DNA of 64,000 nt from NCBI RefSeq assembly GCF_009914755.1, contig NC_060947.1; one strand, written 5' to 3'. Below the pieces are notes generated by a model that was given only the letters and a program-made list of their open reading frames with translations, searched no databases and was not told the DNA's origin. Numbering within the stretch: position 1 is the stretch's first letter; each line of letters opens with the position of its first letter. This document shows positions 1 to 11,990 of this stretch, piece by piece. The position numbers and the translations under genes are program-made. The DNA is from the human T2T-CHM13v2.0 reference genome, Homo sapiens.

Positions 1-1334
1 CTCAGAAAAGAAAGAAATTCTTCCCTGCTGAGATTTTAGGAATGGATTTTTACATGTTTTCATATCATTAAGTAAATGTACAGTAAGACAAATGACCATG
101 ACAAAGTGAGCAGTTTCTTAATTCAAAACTTGTTTTCTTTGACAACAATGCAAGTATACCCATGGAGGAGGTTTGGGCTTGTCCTCAGAGCTCAGCAAAA
201 CACTTGGATTTAAAAGATACAAATATTTAGGTAGTGTGACCAATGAAACATCTTGGCAGCATGAGGGCACCCACTGGTGGGCAGGCCAACATTGTTTCCT
301 GGATATATTGAAGATGAAGGTGTGCTATTAAAAATAAAAGAATGTAAGTGTTCTGGGCAAGGACTTCTCTCCTAGTGTGCCTTAAAGCTGTTGGGAGTTT
401 TCTTCTGCACAGATGTGATCAGTATACCTTGAAATTTCTTTCTTCTGTAGATTTTCTGAAATTTTTCATGTTTAGTTTTAAAGAGTCTAAGAATACCGAG
501 GAAGTCGAGTCCTCTCTGCATTCACTGTATGTAACTTTCCTCCCTTTTACTCACTTGGGAAGAGCTCAGGTTTATATGTGTGTCACCGTGACTTTGAGAG
601 CTATCTGGAACGTAATATTTGCAAGTATTTCAGTAAGACACTCAATACTGTCTTTTGAGATTATCTCCCTCCTAACCTCCTTCAGTTTCCTGGAATTTAG
701 ATCTAATAGCTGGAGCTCTAGCTGCCATCTAAGACCATGAGACAATCTTTATAGAAGAAGCCTGAGCTAAAGCACTTTCATCAAGGGTAGGTTTGGTAGC
801 TTGGTGAAAGAGTGTATTGACATAAATTTTATAGGAATTGAAGTTTTACTGTACTAAGTATATAAGATATATTGTCACCAAATGTTATAAAATTAGGTGA
901 TGTTTGTGACATGCCTTCTCAAGTCTCCTCAGTTTCTCATGAGAGATAAGCTTGGATTGTTAGCAAAAAATTTTTGCCAAGTCTCTTATACTCTCCAATG
1001 ATGTCACTCTAAGACTCTAAACAGTTTTTTGAGATTATATGTGACTCACCTACATTTTCTTTCTATGCTATGAATATCATCTTGATATACTGTTCACAGG
1101 TTACATAATAATAAATAGGTTTCAGACATGTTGTAATCGTGGAAAGGATAATAGCCTGGAGGCCCCCACAAGGTCCAGAGACTAAGCAGAACAGACGGTG
1201 CTAAGCTCTGCCATACTTGTTAAGGATGGTGAAGCAGAATGATAAAAGTGCAGAATTCTCATGACTCTGCTGAGCCATCACACCAGTCCTGGACTGCTCA
1301 ACTTAGGTTTTCTTTAGTGCGTGTATATCTTATT

Positions 1335-2045
1335 CAAGGTAGGCTAACTGCTACAACAACCCTATTTGAGTGGTTTAACCCAATGGAAGTTTATTTTCAC
1401 TCATGCAAATGTCCAAATTAGGTGTTTGGGTTGAATGACTCTGCTGACAGATTCTTTGAAAGTGGCAACACAGGCGTCTGATTTTCTATTTTAAGACTCC
1501 ATTATCCTCTGAGTCTTAGAGTCCACTCCATTCAGATGAAAGTGGAGTATCCCTCTGGGAGGATTTTATCTCCCAGTCCGGAAGACAGCACACATCATTT
1601 TCACTCATAGCTCATTGGCGAACCTTGGTCACATGATGTGTCCAGCTGTAAAGAAGTCTGGGAAGGGTAGTTTATTTTAATTTTTGTGGGTACACAGGTA
1701 TATATATTTATGGAATACATGAGATGTTTTGATACGGCATGTAATACATAATAATCACATCATGGCAAATGGAGTATCCATCCCCTCAAGCATCTATCCT
1801 TTGTGTTACAAACAATCCAATTACATTAAGTTATTTTACAATGTAGAATTAAATTATTATTGACTATAGTTACTCTGTTGTGCTATCAAATACTAGGTCT
1901 TATTCATTCTATCTTTTTTGTACCATTAACCATCCCCACCTCTCCCCTCACCCTCCCACTATCTCTGGGAAGGGTAGTTTAACTGTGTGCCCAGGAGGAA
2001 AAGGAAGATGGTTTGAAAACAACAAGCCAGTTTTTGCCATGGTAG
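1335..2045 (-). mobile_element. Old MaLR LTR (MLT1J/K-like), interrupted by an L1MA insertion
   Basis: MLT1-type motifs 'ctgctacaacaa...gtggtttaac...gaagtttattttcactcatgca' and 'ctcattggc...ggtcacatg...gaagtctgggaa'; resumes after 1964 with 'aactgtgtgcccaggaggaaaagg'. Confidence 0.7.
1675..1963 (-). mobile_element. 5'-truncated L1MA (L1MA2/3-like) 3' end with 18-bp TSD
   Basis: L1MA 3'UTR motifs ('atcccctcaagcat', 'acaaacaatccaatta'); perfect direct repeat tctgggaagggtagttta at 1657-1674 and 1964-1981. Confidence 0.9.
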
Positions 2046-2189
2046 AGAAATGATATTTTAGTTTTTTTAAAAGCTATTGTTATTTCTAGCCTCTGTTCCC
2101 AGAAGCTGAACACAATTCCTAACCTATGAAGTTGTATGAATTTTAGCATCAAACATGTACATCTTATGTACCAATATAATAAAATTGCC

Positions 2190-2460
2190 AAGAAATATAC
2201 AGATAAATGATATAAAAAGTGTAAAATAATTTATATAAAATTCAACACATATATGTTTATATACATACACAAGTCTGCACATAGAAAGACAACATTCCAA
2301 GAAGATACATATCAAATTTTTAAATGTAGTTACTTCCAGGAAGGGAAGTAGTTTGAGATGAAATGGGACTTTTATTTTTTAAACTATATGCTTCTATACT
2401 GTTTGATTTTTTGACAAAATGAATGTATTTGTGTCTATAATAAATTTGAAATAAAAAGAA
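2190..2460 (+). mobile_element. Ancient L1ME/L1MC 3' end fragment
   Basis: 'gtagttacttccaggaaggg...gggactttt...cttctatactgtttga...aatgtatttg' followed by an A-rich end. Confidence 0.5.
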
Positions 2461-2689
2461 CTTACATAGAATCTTGGTTAATATCTCTCTTAAATAACCT
2501 GTATAATTCTGAACTCCAAAACTGATGAAATTTTAGGATTTGGAGAGTTCACCGCAGCCCAGAAAATGCCTAGATTGTAGGAGAATAAGAATAACAGTGA
2601 ACTTAAGTGGTTCAGAGAAGATAAAAGAAAGTAAGAGAATAGACATTAGGTAAATGAAAGTTTCTCTGTTTCTAGTAAAGACAATCAAA

Positions 2690-2830
2690 GGGAAATGTGG
2701 CTTAAAGTGCAAGATTAAGGATTTAATTTAGACATAAGGAAGACCTTCTTTCATGGTCCTGCTTGTTAGAAATTGGATTGAGTTGTAATGGGAGGATGTG
2801 AAATCTCATTTCCCAAGAGTTGCTATGAGG
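2690..2830 (+). mobile_element. L3/CR1 LINE 3' fragment
   Basis: 'atttagacataaggaagaccttc...gggaggatgtgaaatctc' resembles the CR1 ORF2 C-terminal region. Confidence 0.5.
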
Positions 2831-4349
2831 AAAAAAAGGGCTTTTATCGTTACATTCCTCCAACTGGACTGAATTTCATCACTTTTGACTCCTTGGGCAT
2901 GGTTATTCTAGGTGAAATATGCTTTAAGGCTGTTCATGATTCTTATTTATCTTGTGTTTTTTGTCTTTGCTTGCACCGTTGCTAGAGAACTCGGATGGTG
3001 TATATTTAGAAAGAGAAAGAGCGAAGACAGGTTGGCTGATTGTTTATACTTCATAGGAGGATATATGGAGCTGAGGCAGCACAAGGCTCTCATCCTATTA
3101 AGCAGGGTTAAGATACGGATTTTCACCATTGATTATACTTTGTTCTGCATTCTTTTATGTTCACCTTTTTTCTTCTTAGCTTCTTTCTTAGGAGAAACCT
3201 TTTGCTTATTAAGGGTGGTGTAAATAGATGTTTAATTATCATCTCCTTATTGTACTGCATATAAGGCTGAGACAGTATTCTCTCACTTGATAAATGTGTT
3301 ACATTTACTTGCAAATTAAGGATATTTATATTGCAGACGGGTGTGTCATGAGGGAATAAAATCTATGCTTAATATCATAATGTCTAACAGGATATTTATG
3401 TTGAGCCTTCCTTTTAAAAATATTTCTCAATTTTTAGATTTAGTATTCACAATTTTATAGCACTGAAGGGCAAAAGTAGAATAGGAGAAATGAGAAAACT
3501 GATCTTAACTCATTTGCTGGCTCCTGCTCAATCTTTTTTCTTCCTCAAACAGCTGGAGACCCATCTCCTTCCACCTATATGGGGATAAAGTGTCTGTGTA
3601 GGGGAGAATTAGATTAAGTACTAAAATGGCAACGGACATTTCAGCTTTTAAATAACACCTTGGTTCATGCCAGGGAATCTTACATTTTGACAACATTTAG
3701 GAGAAAAATTTGGAATTCAATAATTTTCATTTTATAAGCTCTCCATATTCATTTTTACCTCTGATCTGCTTAAGCAGTGTATTCCTCCAACAATTTATTG
3801 CCTTTTAAGGCCATGAATTCAGAGGGCTGACAGTAAATCTGGACAAGCTCTAATATGCCTTGTGCCAACTGTAATTTAGCTGGTCCTTTGAGAGCTCAAG
3901 TTTTTTATTACCATAAATATTCTTCTGCTTCCAGGCGTCTCCCTACTGACAACGTTGCCCAATTTTGAATCCTGACATCTTCATTTCAAAAGCCTGAAAA
4001 TGAAACTGCAAAGGTCAGGTTTCATTGTAATTGCAGGCTATGGTGAAAAAAGACCACGTTCCTTAGGAATGAGCTGCCACCCACCGATTGCTTTGGAGAG
4101 CACAGGGCTTGGGGAAAATGTCACTGTGCAACTCAAGTGAATGATTGTACCTGGCACTTGGATCATCAGGAAATATTTGGTCGTATTTCACAGTGTCTGA
4201 CTTTGTCACCACATGAAGAGGGAAAGACTTTAAAGAGGACTCTGATTTAGCATACGTGAACACAGCATACTTCCAACTTCTGGAATGTCCTTTTCTCCTT
4301 TATATAATGAATGGCTCTCAACCTTCAGATCTTATCTCAGTCAACACAA

Positions 4350-4513
4350 CTTTACCTGACTGACCTCTTAGTGCCTTGTATTTACCTGCAAAACAGGGAT
4401 AATGATGGTTTCTATCTCAGTCATTGGAAAGATGAAATGAGTTAGTGCATGCCACATACTTAAAAGAGTGCCTGACACAAAGTAAATTTCCACCGTAGTT
4501 AGCTATTATTATG
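4350..4513 (+). mobile_element. MIR SINE
   Basis: 'ctgcaaaacagggataatgatg...gatgaaatgagttagtgcatg...gtgcctgacaca...gttagctattattat'. Confidence 0.8.
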
Positions 4514-4529
4514 ACCTATCACCATAATA

Positions 4530-4740
4530 GCTAAGGCTGTCTGAGCAAGGCACTTTGTGTGATTCACTTGTATTTTCTTGTTTAATCCTCACAGCAGCCC
4601 TATGAGGTTAGCACCACTGTCATCTCTCTTCTACAGTGGAAGAAACTGAAGTTAGAATGGTAACTTGTTCAAGGTCACAGAGCAAGCAACGATGCATTCA
4701 GAATTTTCACCCAAGCATTCAGGCTCCAGAGCCCATGCTC
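4530..4740 (-). mobile_element. MIR SINE (tail-to-tail with the previous MIR)
   Basis: 'tttaatcctcacagcagccctatgagg...gaagaaactgaag...aacttgttcaaggtcacag...ctccagagcccatgctc'. Confidence 0.85.
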
Positions 4741-4767
4741 ATGAGGAAAGCCATGGAGACAAAGCTA

Positions 4768-5200
4768 TGTTGCAAATGCTGTTGCTGCCCTGCCCTTAAC
4801 CCATCACTCTTATCTCTTCAGGGCACATGGGCCCAATTTCCAACTCTTAGCATTTGCATTTTGTTGCTTGATGGCTCTCTGTGCTCCCATCCTACTTTAC
4901 CACTCATGTGGAAGACAGAAGGTGCCAGGGAATCAACAACCCCCACAGCAGCCCTCAACTCCTGATTGCTGTGGTTTCGTGGATAAATATTCTCTTGTCC
5001 CAAGGTGGGATAAGTCTGAGGCATGTCCTACCCTGGCTTCTGGCTCTACGTTGGCAGCTGACTCTTCATCCTTTATTAGCTTTCTCCTGCTCCCTGACTC
5101 ATCTCATGTTTCCATGCTCCTGTTGTTTCCTCCACCTCCCAGATAACTAACACTCAAACGTCATTTTGAAATCTTCTTCTGGGGGAATCAAACTAAGTCT
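4768..5200 (+). mobile_element. ERVL solo LTR (LTR16-like)
   Basis: 'tgctgttgctgccctgccc...gcagccctcaac...gtgggataagtctgaggcatg...cttctgggggaatcaaactaag'; same family as 28166-28623. Confidence 0.7.
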
Positions 5201-5311
5201 CAAGACTAAGATTCCATGATCCTAAAGATGCTGGAAGTGGAGTGGAGCAAGGGCGTGGCTGGAGTCAGACAGAAGAAAGAGGGCATATCACCAAGTTGTG
5301 TGCCTGTGAAT

Positions 5312-5505
5312 ACCTCAACTTTGACTCTAGTGATATTTGGGGCTGTATGATTCTCTGTTGTAGGGGGCTGTCCTTTACATTGTAGGAAGCTGAGTAGCAT
5401 CTGTAGCATCTCCTCACTAGATGCCCGTAGTAACCCCTTCACCACCGGTTGTGACAGCCCAAAATGTCTCCAGATACTGCAAAATGTCCCAGGGGAGAGA
5501 ATTGG
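5312..5505 (-). mobile_element. MER20 (hAT-Charlie MITE)
   Basis: 'ggggctgtcctttacattgtagga...cactagatgcc...gttgtgacagcccaaaatgtctccagatactgcaaaatgtccc'. Confidence 0.85.
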
Positions 5506-5837
5506 AGGATTTAAGTGCCTCACGTGGGAAGTGGCTGTAGAGAACTCAGAGGTGGGCCAAGTTTACATGGGATGGGACATCAGCAGCCATTGCTACAATC
5601 TAATGCTTAGTTTGGTGCCTGGTACAAAGTTGTGGCTCAAGATATATTTCTTGCACCAAAGCAAACAAAATCAAACTGCACTAAGTTTAGGGGGTTAATC
5701 TGAAAAAATTAATCACTTTTATGGGCATTATTTTGTTAGAAAATGTGTTCTAAATTTCAAAAACCTTACAAATAAACTCTTGGAACACAACCTATACAAA
5801 AACTAGAAACTACTTGTGCACATTTTACAAAACAAAC

Positions 5838-6147
5838 TTTTTCTTTTTTTTTTCTTTTCTTTTTTTTTGAGACAGAGTCTCACTCTGTTGCCCAGGCTGG
5901 AGTGTGGTGGTGTGATCTCGGCTCACTGCAACTTCTGCCTCCTGGGTTGAAGTGATTCTCCTGCCTCAGTCTCCCGAGTAGCTGGGAATACAGGCGCATG
6001 CCACCACGCCTGGTTAATTTTTTGTTTTTTTAGTAGAGATGGGTTTCACTGTGTTAGCCAGGATGGTCTCGATCTCCTGACCTCGTAATCTGCCCGCCTT
6101 GGCCTCCCAAAGTGCTGAGATTACAGGCGTGAGCCACCGCACTGGCC
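5838..6147 (-). mobile_element. AluS (AluSc-like), abutting the poly(A) end of an L1
   Basis: Poly-T then a full dimeric Alu ending 'gagccaccgcactggcc'; 'gttagccaggatggtctcgatctcctgacctcgt'. Confidence 0.97.
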
Positions 6148-8248
6148 TTTTTTGAACTTTTATTTTAGATTCAGAGGGTAAGTGTGCAGATTTGTTACAT
6201 GGGGGTATTGTGTGATGCTGGGGTTTGGGGCACGATTGAACCCATCCCCGAGGTAGTTAGTATAGCACTCAGTAGGTGGTTTTTCAACCCTTGCCCCCAT
6301 CCCTACCTCCGCTTCCTGTAGTCCCCAGTGTCCATTGTTATATATTTATGGCCATGTGTACCCAATGTTTATCTCCCACTTATAAGTGAGAGCATGCAAT
6401 ATTTGATTTCTCATTTCTGCCTTAATTTGTTTAGGATAATGACCTGCAGCTGCATCCATGTTGCTGGACAGGACACAATTTTGTTTTTTTTTTTAATGCC
6501 TATGTAGTATTCCATGGTGTATATGTACCACATTTTCTTTATCCAATCCACTGTTGATGAGCACCTAGGTTGACTCTATGTCTTTGCTTTTGTGAATAAT
6601 GCTGCTATAAACATATGGGTGCATATGTCTTTTTGGTAAAATGATTTACTTTCCTTTAGGTATGTACCCAGTAATGGGATTGTTGGGTCAAATGGTAGTT
6701 CTATTTTTAGTCCTTTGAGAAATCTCCAAACTGCTTCCCACAGTGGCTGAACTAATTTACATTCCCACCAACAGTGTATAAGCATTCCCTTTTCTCTATA
6801 GCCCTGTGAACATCTGTTATTTTTTGTCTTTTTAGTAGCCATTCCGACTGGTGTGAAATGGTATCTCATTGTGGTTTTGACTTGCATTTTTTCATGTTTG
6901 TTGTATGTCTTCTTTTGAGAACTGTCTGTTCATGTCTGTTGTCCACTTTTTAATGGGGGCTATTTGTTTGTTTGCTTGATTTGTTTACATTCCTTATAGA
7001 TTCTAGATATTAGACCTTTGTCAGATGTATAGTTTGAGAAAATTTTCTCTCATTCTGTAGGTTGTCTGTCTACTCTGTTGATAATTTCTTTTGCTGTGCA
7101 GAAGCTCTTTAGTTTAATTTGGTTCCACTTGTCAATTTTTTTTTTTGTTGGAATTGTTTTTGAGGGCTTAGCCATAAATTTTTTGCTAAGGCCAATGTTG
7201 AGAAGGGTATTTCCTGGGTTTTCTTCTAGGATTTTTAGTTTGAGGTCTTACGTTTAAGTTTTTAATCCATCTTGGGTTGATTTTTGTGTATGGTGTAGAG
7301 AAAGAGTCCAGTTTCATTGTTCTGCATATGGCTAGTCAGTTATCACAGCATCATTTATTGGACAGGAAGTCCTTTCCCTATTGTTTATTTTTGTTGGCTT
7401 TGCCAAAGATCAGATACTAGTAGGTGTGAGTCTTTATTTCCAGGTTCTCTGTTCTGTTCCATTGTTTTGTGTGTCTGTTTTTGTACCAATACCATGCTGT
7501 TTTGGTTATTATAGCCTTGTATAATTTGAACTCAGGTACTGTGATGTCTCGGGCTTTGTTCTTTTTGCATACAATTACTTTGGCTATTTGGGTTCTTTTT
7601 GGTTCCATATGAATTTTAGAATAGTTTTTTCTAATACTGTGAAAAATGACATTGGTAGTTTAATATGAATAGCATTGAATCTGTAGATTGCTTTGGGTCA
7701 TTTAAATGATATTGATTCTTCCAATCCATGAGCATAGAATATTTTTACATTTGTGTCATCTATGATTTCTTTTAGCAGTGTTTTGTATTTTCCCTTGTAA
7801 AGATGGTTTACTTCGTTGGTTAGATGTATTCCTAGGTATTTTTTTGTGTGGCTGTTATAAATGGGATTGCATTCTTGATTTGGCTCTCAGCTTGAATGTT
7901 ATTGGTGTATAGAGCTGATACTGATTTTTGTATATTGATCTTGTATCCCGAAACTTTACTGAAGTCATTTCTCAGGTCTAGGAGCCTTTTGGCAGAGTCT
8001 CTAGGGTTTTCTAGGTATAGAATAATATCGTCAGTGAAAAGAGATAATTTAACTTCTTATTTTCCTATTTGGGTGCCTTTTATTTCTGTCTATTGCCTGA
8101 TTGCTCTGGCTAGGACTTCTAGTACTATGTTGAATAGGAGTGGTGAGAGTGGACATCCTTGTCTTGTTCCTATTCTCAACAGGAATGCTTCCAGCTTTTG
8201 CCTGTTCAGTATGATGTTGGTTGTAGGTTTGTCATAGATGGTTCTTAT
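6148..8248 (-). mobile_element. 5'-truncated L1PA15/16-like LINE-1 (3'UTR plus 3' ORF2)
   Basis: 3' end 'ttttattttagattcagagggta...gtgatgctggggtttgggg'; ORFs 6576-6887 and 7417-7608 translate to L1 ORF2p motifs ([23 protein letters not shown]). Confidence 0.95.
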
Positions 8249-8338
8249 TAAAAATATATATTTTTTCTTTATCCTTTGGACTTAAAGACTTCACTTCATA
8301 AATAGTACATGGTTATGAATTCAGTGGATGTAGTGATT

Positions 8339-8372
8339 ACTTTAAGTTCTGGGATATATGTGCAGAACATGC
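8339..8372 (-). mobile_element. 34-bp L1PA 3'-terminal micro-insertion with 13-bp TSD
   Basis: actttaagttctgggatatatgtgcagaacatgc is the reverse complement of an L1PA 3' terminus; flanked by ggatgtagtgatt at 8326-8338 and 8373-8385. Confidence 0.85.
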
Positions 8373-9010
8373 GGATGTAGTGATTTTTATGGGAACTCAT
8401 GGGAGCATGAATTTTGGTGTTTTCAGAATACCATTTCATTTTCTTTGACTTAGGCAATTAACGAGAGGACCTTAGCTGCAGATCATAGTTTCACTTAAGT
8501 TTCTCATGACTAGAAATTAGAAAGTAGTTTCCAAGGTAACTGAAAACCAAGGTGTTTGCCCTCCAATGTATCAGGAGTTTAAAATGGGATTCTATCTGTT
8601 TTAGTTTTAGCTTATGTCTCAAAGGCTGGTAACAAAAAATAAAAAGCATCAAGTACACTCACATTCTAATGTTTCAACATGGGGTGCAGATTAGCATGCA
8701 CATCCCCCACCAACACACATAGAGTTTTGGACTCTTTGTTCAACATCAACTCAAATATATAAGAGGATTAATGCTTGAGAAGTGGTTGTGGGGCAGGGAA
8801 GTTATTTGGACTCTGCAGTTGTGTGACATTTCCTCTTTATCATATGGTGAAGGGGAAGGCAGACGCTTCACCCTCACCTCAGTCAGCGATGGGGCATCAT
8901 GGGCACCTCTTAGAGTGTTCCTCCTGTCCTCTGGAATCAGACCATGTAGAGAATGAAGCCAGACCTATGATGAAAGAAAGAATATAGTCAAGGGGATAAC
9001 TGAAGTAGCC

Positions 9011-9444
9011 TGTAGGAGTATCCTAGGGCTGCTGTAACAAGTGCCACAAACAGGGTGGCTTAAAACAATAGACATTTATTCTTTTACAGTCCTGGAAGCT
9101 AGAAGTCAGAAATCAAGTTGTCAGCAGGGCCATCTTCCATCTGAAGATTCTAGGGAAGACTCCATCCTTACCTTTTCCAGCTTCTGGTGGCCCCAGGTAT
9201 TCCTTGGCTTGTAGCAGCAACATTCCAAACTCTGCCTCTGTCTTCTCCCTGTTTGTCTCTTGCCTCATATTGTCTTATAAGAACACCAATCATAGTGAAT
9301 TAATCCCTCCTCCCACTCCAGTATGACCTCATCTTAACTAATTACATCTGCAATGACTCTATTTTCAAATAAGGTCATGGTCTGAAGTACTGGGGGTTAG
9401 GACTTCAACATATCTTTTTGAGGGACACAGCTTGACCCATAAGA
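9011..9444 (-). mobile_element. MLT1C-like MaLR solo LTR
   Basis: 'ggctgctgtaacaa...gtggcttaaaacaa...gacctcatcttaactaattacatctgcaatgac...gggttaggacttcaacatatc'; near-TSD tagcc (9006-9010) / tggcc (9445-9449). Confidence 0.9.
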
Positions 9445-11024
9445 TGGCCCTTGGCAGCAGAGGAACAGGGATCCATTTGAGCAAATTGTATCTCTACCAA
9501 AGGGGAGAAAATTAAGTGTTTCTTGGGAACCAGATCTTTGTCAGCCTGGAGCTGCCTTTAAAAGCTCTGCCCAAATGTGGACTTTTGGAAGCACAGGGGC
9601 TGGGGTTCAGCACTGTAAGCCATCAACCAGAAGACATATATTACCCAGGTCAGGAGCAATGAAATACAGATTCCTTATGAGGGAATTTTCAAGGACTCCC
9701 TCAAAGAACCCCATGAAAGAAAAAGTTTTTTCCCCATCTCTTACCTCTCTTCTTTCCTGCTCTTGCTTCTCCATTCTCCAATCCTTGGGTGATCAAAGTC
9801 CACAGTTGGTGAGGTGCATAGAGAACTGACAGAGAAAAGAGAGAAGCCAACCATACCTCATACTCCACTACAGGCAGCCACATTGGGGGTGGGGTGAGGG
9901 CAATAATAAAATGCTCTGAAATATGAGGGTACAAAGTAATAGGTGTTTGACTCATGCTGAGAGGATTAAAAATAAGTGGCTTGAGCTGCTTATGGGGGAG
10001 GTGGGAGCTATGCCATCTGTGGGAACAGTGGGCCATTCTATATGATGTGATAAGAATGCATGACATTCTTGGTATCCAAGTGGAGAACTGGGCTGGCATT
10101 TTCCGTAAGGAATGGCCAAGAGGGGAGCTTCCCGGGTAGAGGGAGCCCCATCAGTAAGATGCTTTTGAGGAGGAGCTGAGGAAGTTTCTCAAGAGGTCAG
10201 CGGGAGAGGACACAGTCGATATCAGGAAAGTACAGGCTCTCAACTCCCAGAGGTGGGGGCAGGTATTTATTTTGTATTCCACCTCAGTGGTACTTCCTGG
10301 AATTTTGTCTTCTAAAGCACAGAGCCCTTTAATGCCTGATGGTGATAGTATGGGTTGAGACCTTTCCTGTCCCTCATCTTTACCCATACTCCTTCAAACC
10401 TGGAGGAGCCAGAGGCAGCCTTCAGTGGGTGGCTGGAGAAAGAAGAGGAAAAGGCAGGTTGGGGGACAGGTAGGGGCATTGAGAGGAGCCAACTGAGCTC
10501 CTTCTCTATAGGAAAGTTGGGAGCTGAGGGAAGGGAAAGAAATTAGAAAGTAGTTCCTAATTTCTAGAATTAGAAATGCAATGCTGTAAGTGACGTGAGG
10601 GGTTTCAATTATTAAGCTAGACTATAAGTACTAGTTATTGAACTTATACTGTTTGGGGGACTAAAGTGGCCAGAAGATGCTTTTTAAAAATATCTAAGAG
10701 TAATAAAGAAAATCACTGGCCCTGGACTGGATTTTTTCAACCTGCTAGAAAAATCTCAGCTCTCTGGATAGTAACAGTGTGGGTGTGGAGGGGATGAAGC
10801 TGTTTTCCATTGTACCATATGGAGTCCTAACTGTGCAATATAAGTGTTACTCTAGTTCAGCCAAATTCCAAGTCAAGGGTACTTTGCCCTCTGCCTGAGC
10901 TGGTGGCCATAGCTGAAACCCAGAGAGAATGAGAATCATTGTGGAAGATAATTCTACTTATCCCCAGAATCGTTCTGTTTCTTCAAACTGTGTTTGACTT
11001 TGGGCTATGGACGATGAGCTTAGA

Positions 11025-11186
11025 ATTGTGCTTCTCATGGTGTAGTCCCAACCAGCTGCAGCAACATTACCTGGGAACTTGGAAACACAGAATCTCAGGC
11101 CCTGACCCAGCCATACTAAATTATTCTTGGGGTGGGGCCCTGCAATCTGTGTTTTTTCCAGCTTGCTGAATTTTGACAACCACTGG
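11025..11186. mobile_element. MER5A (hAT-Charlie)
   Basis: 'cttctcatggtgtagtcccc...acctgggaactt...gaatctcaggccc...ggggtggggccctgcaatctgtgttt...aaccactgg'. Confidence 0.8.
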
Positions 11187-11194
11187 TTTAAAGC

Positions 11195-11460
11195 TCCGGC
11201 TGTCCATCCTGATTGTGCACTAGAATCACCTGTGGGAGCTTTTCAACAGTGCACTGGCCTAGGTTGAATCTCACAGGTTTAGTTGTACCTTGAGTCAAGC
11301 CCTCTCAAAATGTAATGAGCAAATGGATCCCCTGGTGATCTTGCTAAAATGCAGATCCTGTTTTGGTCAGTCTGGAGTGAGGACAAAGCACCTACATTTC
11401 TAACAAGCTCCCAGGTGAGGCCGATGCTCCTGGTGTGGGGACCATACATTAAGTCACCAG
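11195..11460. mobile_element. MER5A/MER5B fragments
   Basis: 'tagaatcacctgtgggagctttt' and 'atcttgctaaaatgcagatcctg...catttctaacaagctcccaggtgaggccgatgct'. Confidence 0.75.
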
Positions 11461-11479
11461 ACGTTAAGCTATCTGCTAA

Positions 11480-11572
11480 ATATTGTGTTCATGCACATTT
11501 TTGGGAGAAGAGGATTCATTGTTTCCATCAGTTTCAAGCACTCTGTGACTTGAAAAACATTAAGAAATTTGA
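11480..11572. mobile_element. MER103-like hAT-Charlie fragment
   Basis: 'gcacatttttgggagaagaggattcattgtttccatcag...ctctgtgacttgaaaaacattaagaa'. Confidence 0.5.
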
Positions 11573-11864
11573 AAATACAAATATAAAAAGAGGCTAATAG
11601 AGATGTCCGTGGAGGGGGCCCATGAAAGTCTCCTAATTTGTGAGAGGGAAGAATGCTGTACTCTTTAACGTTCCCTTTCTCTTGAGGGTGGGATGGGAGA
11701 GGGGGAAGAGATTTTCCTGATTTCTGTTGTCCTTACTCAGTGCCTTGGTATTGCTTCTTGGGTTCTCTGGGTCTGTCTGGTTCCTCTGCTTCTCCCCCAC
11801 CCTTTCCTGAGAGTGGTATAAGGAGATGAAAACAAAACAAAGACAAAACCTTTTGGGACGTAGT

Positions 11865-11990
11865 AATGACCACCTGAGGCAGTCTTAAAATGCAGATTCG
11901 CAGGATCAAGTCTCTGGTAAGGCTGAAAGGTGGGAAGAACCCAGGAAACTGTATATTTAAACATTCTCCAACTGATTTTGTTATAGCCCT
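11865..11990. mobile_element. MER5-family fragment
   Basis: 'cacctgagg...ttaaaatgcagattc...cccaggaaactgtatatttaaacattctccaactgatttt'. Confidence 0.55.

Noticed and set aside
348-740. 130-aa ORF in unique sequence
   Set aside because: Non-ATG start, no recognisable domain, and composition typical of AT-rich non-coding DNA.
5670-5820. Possible Tigger-like DNA transposon end
   Set aside because: Resemblance too weak to assign without a Dfam search.
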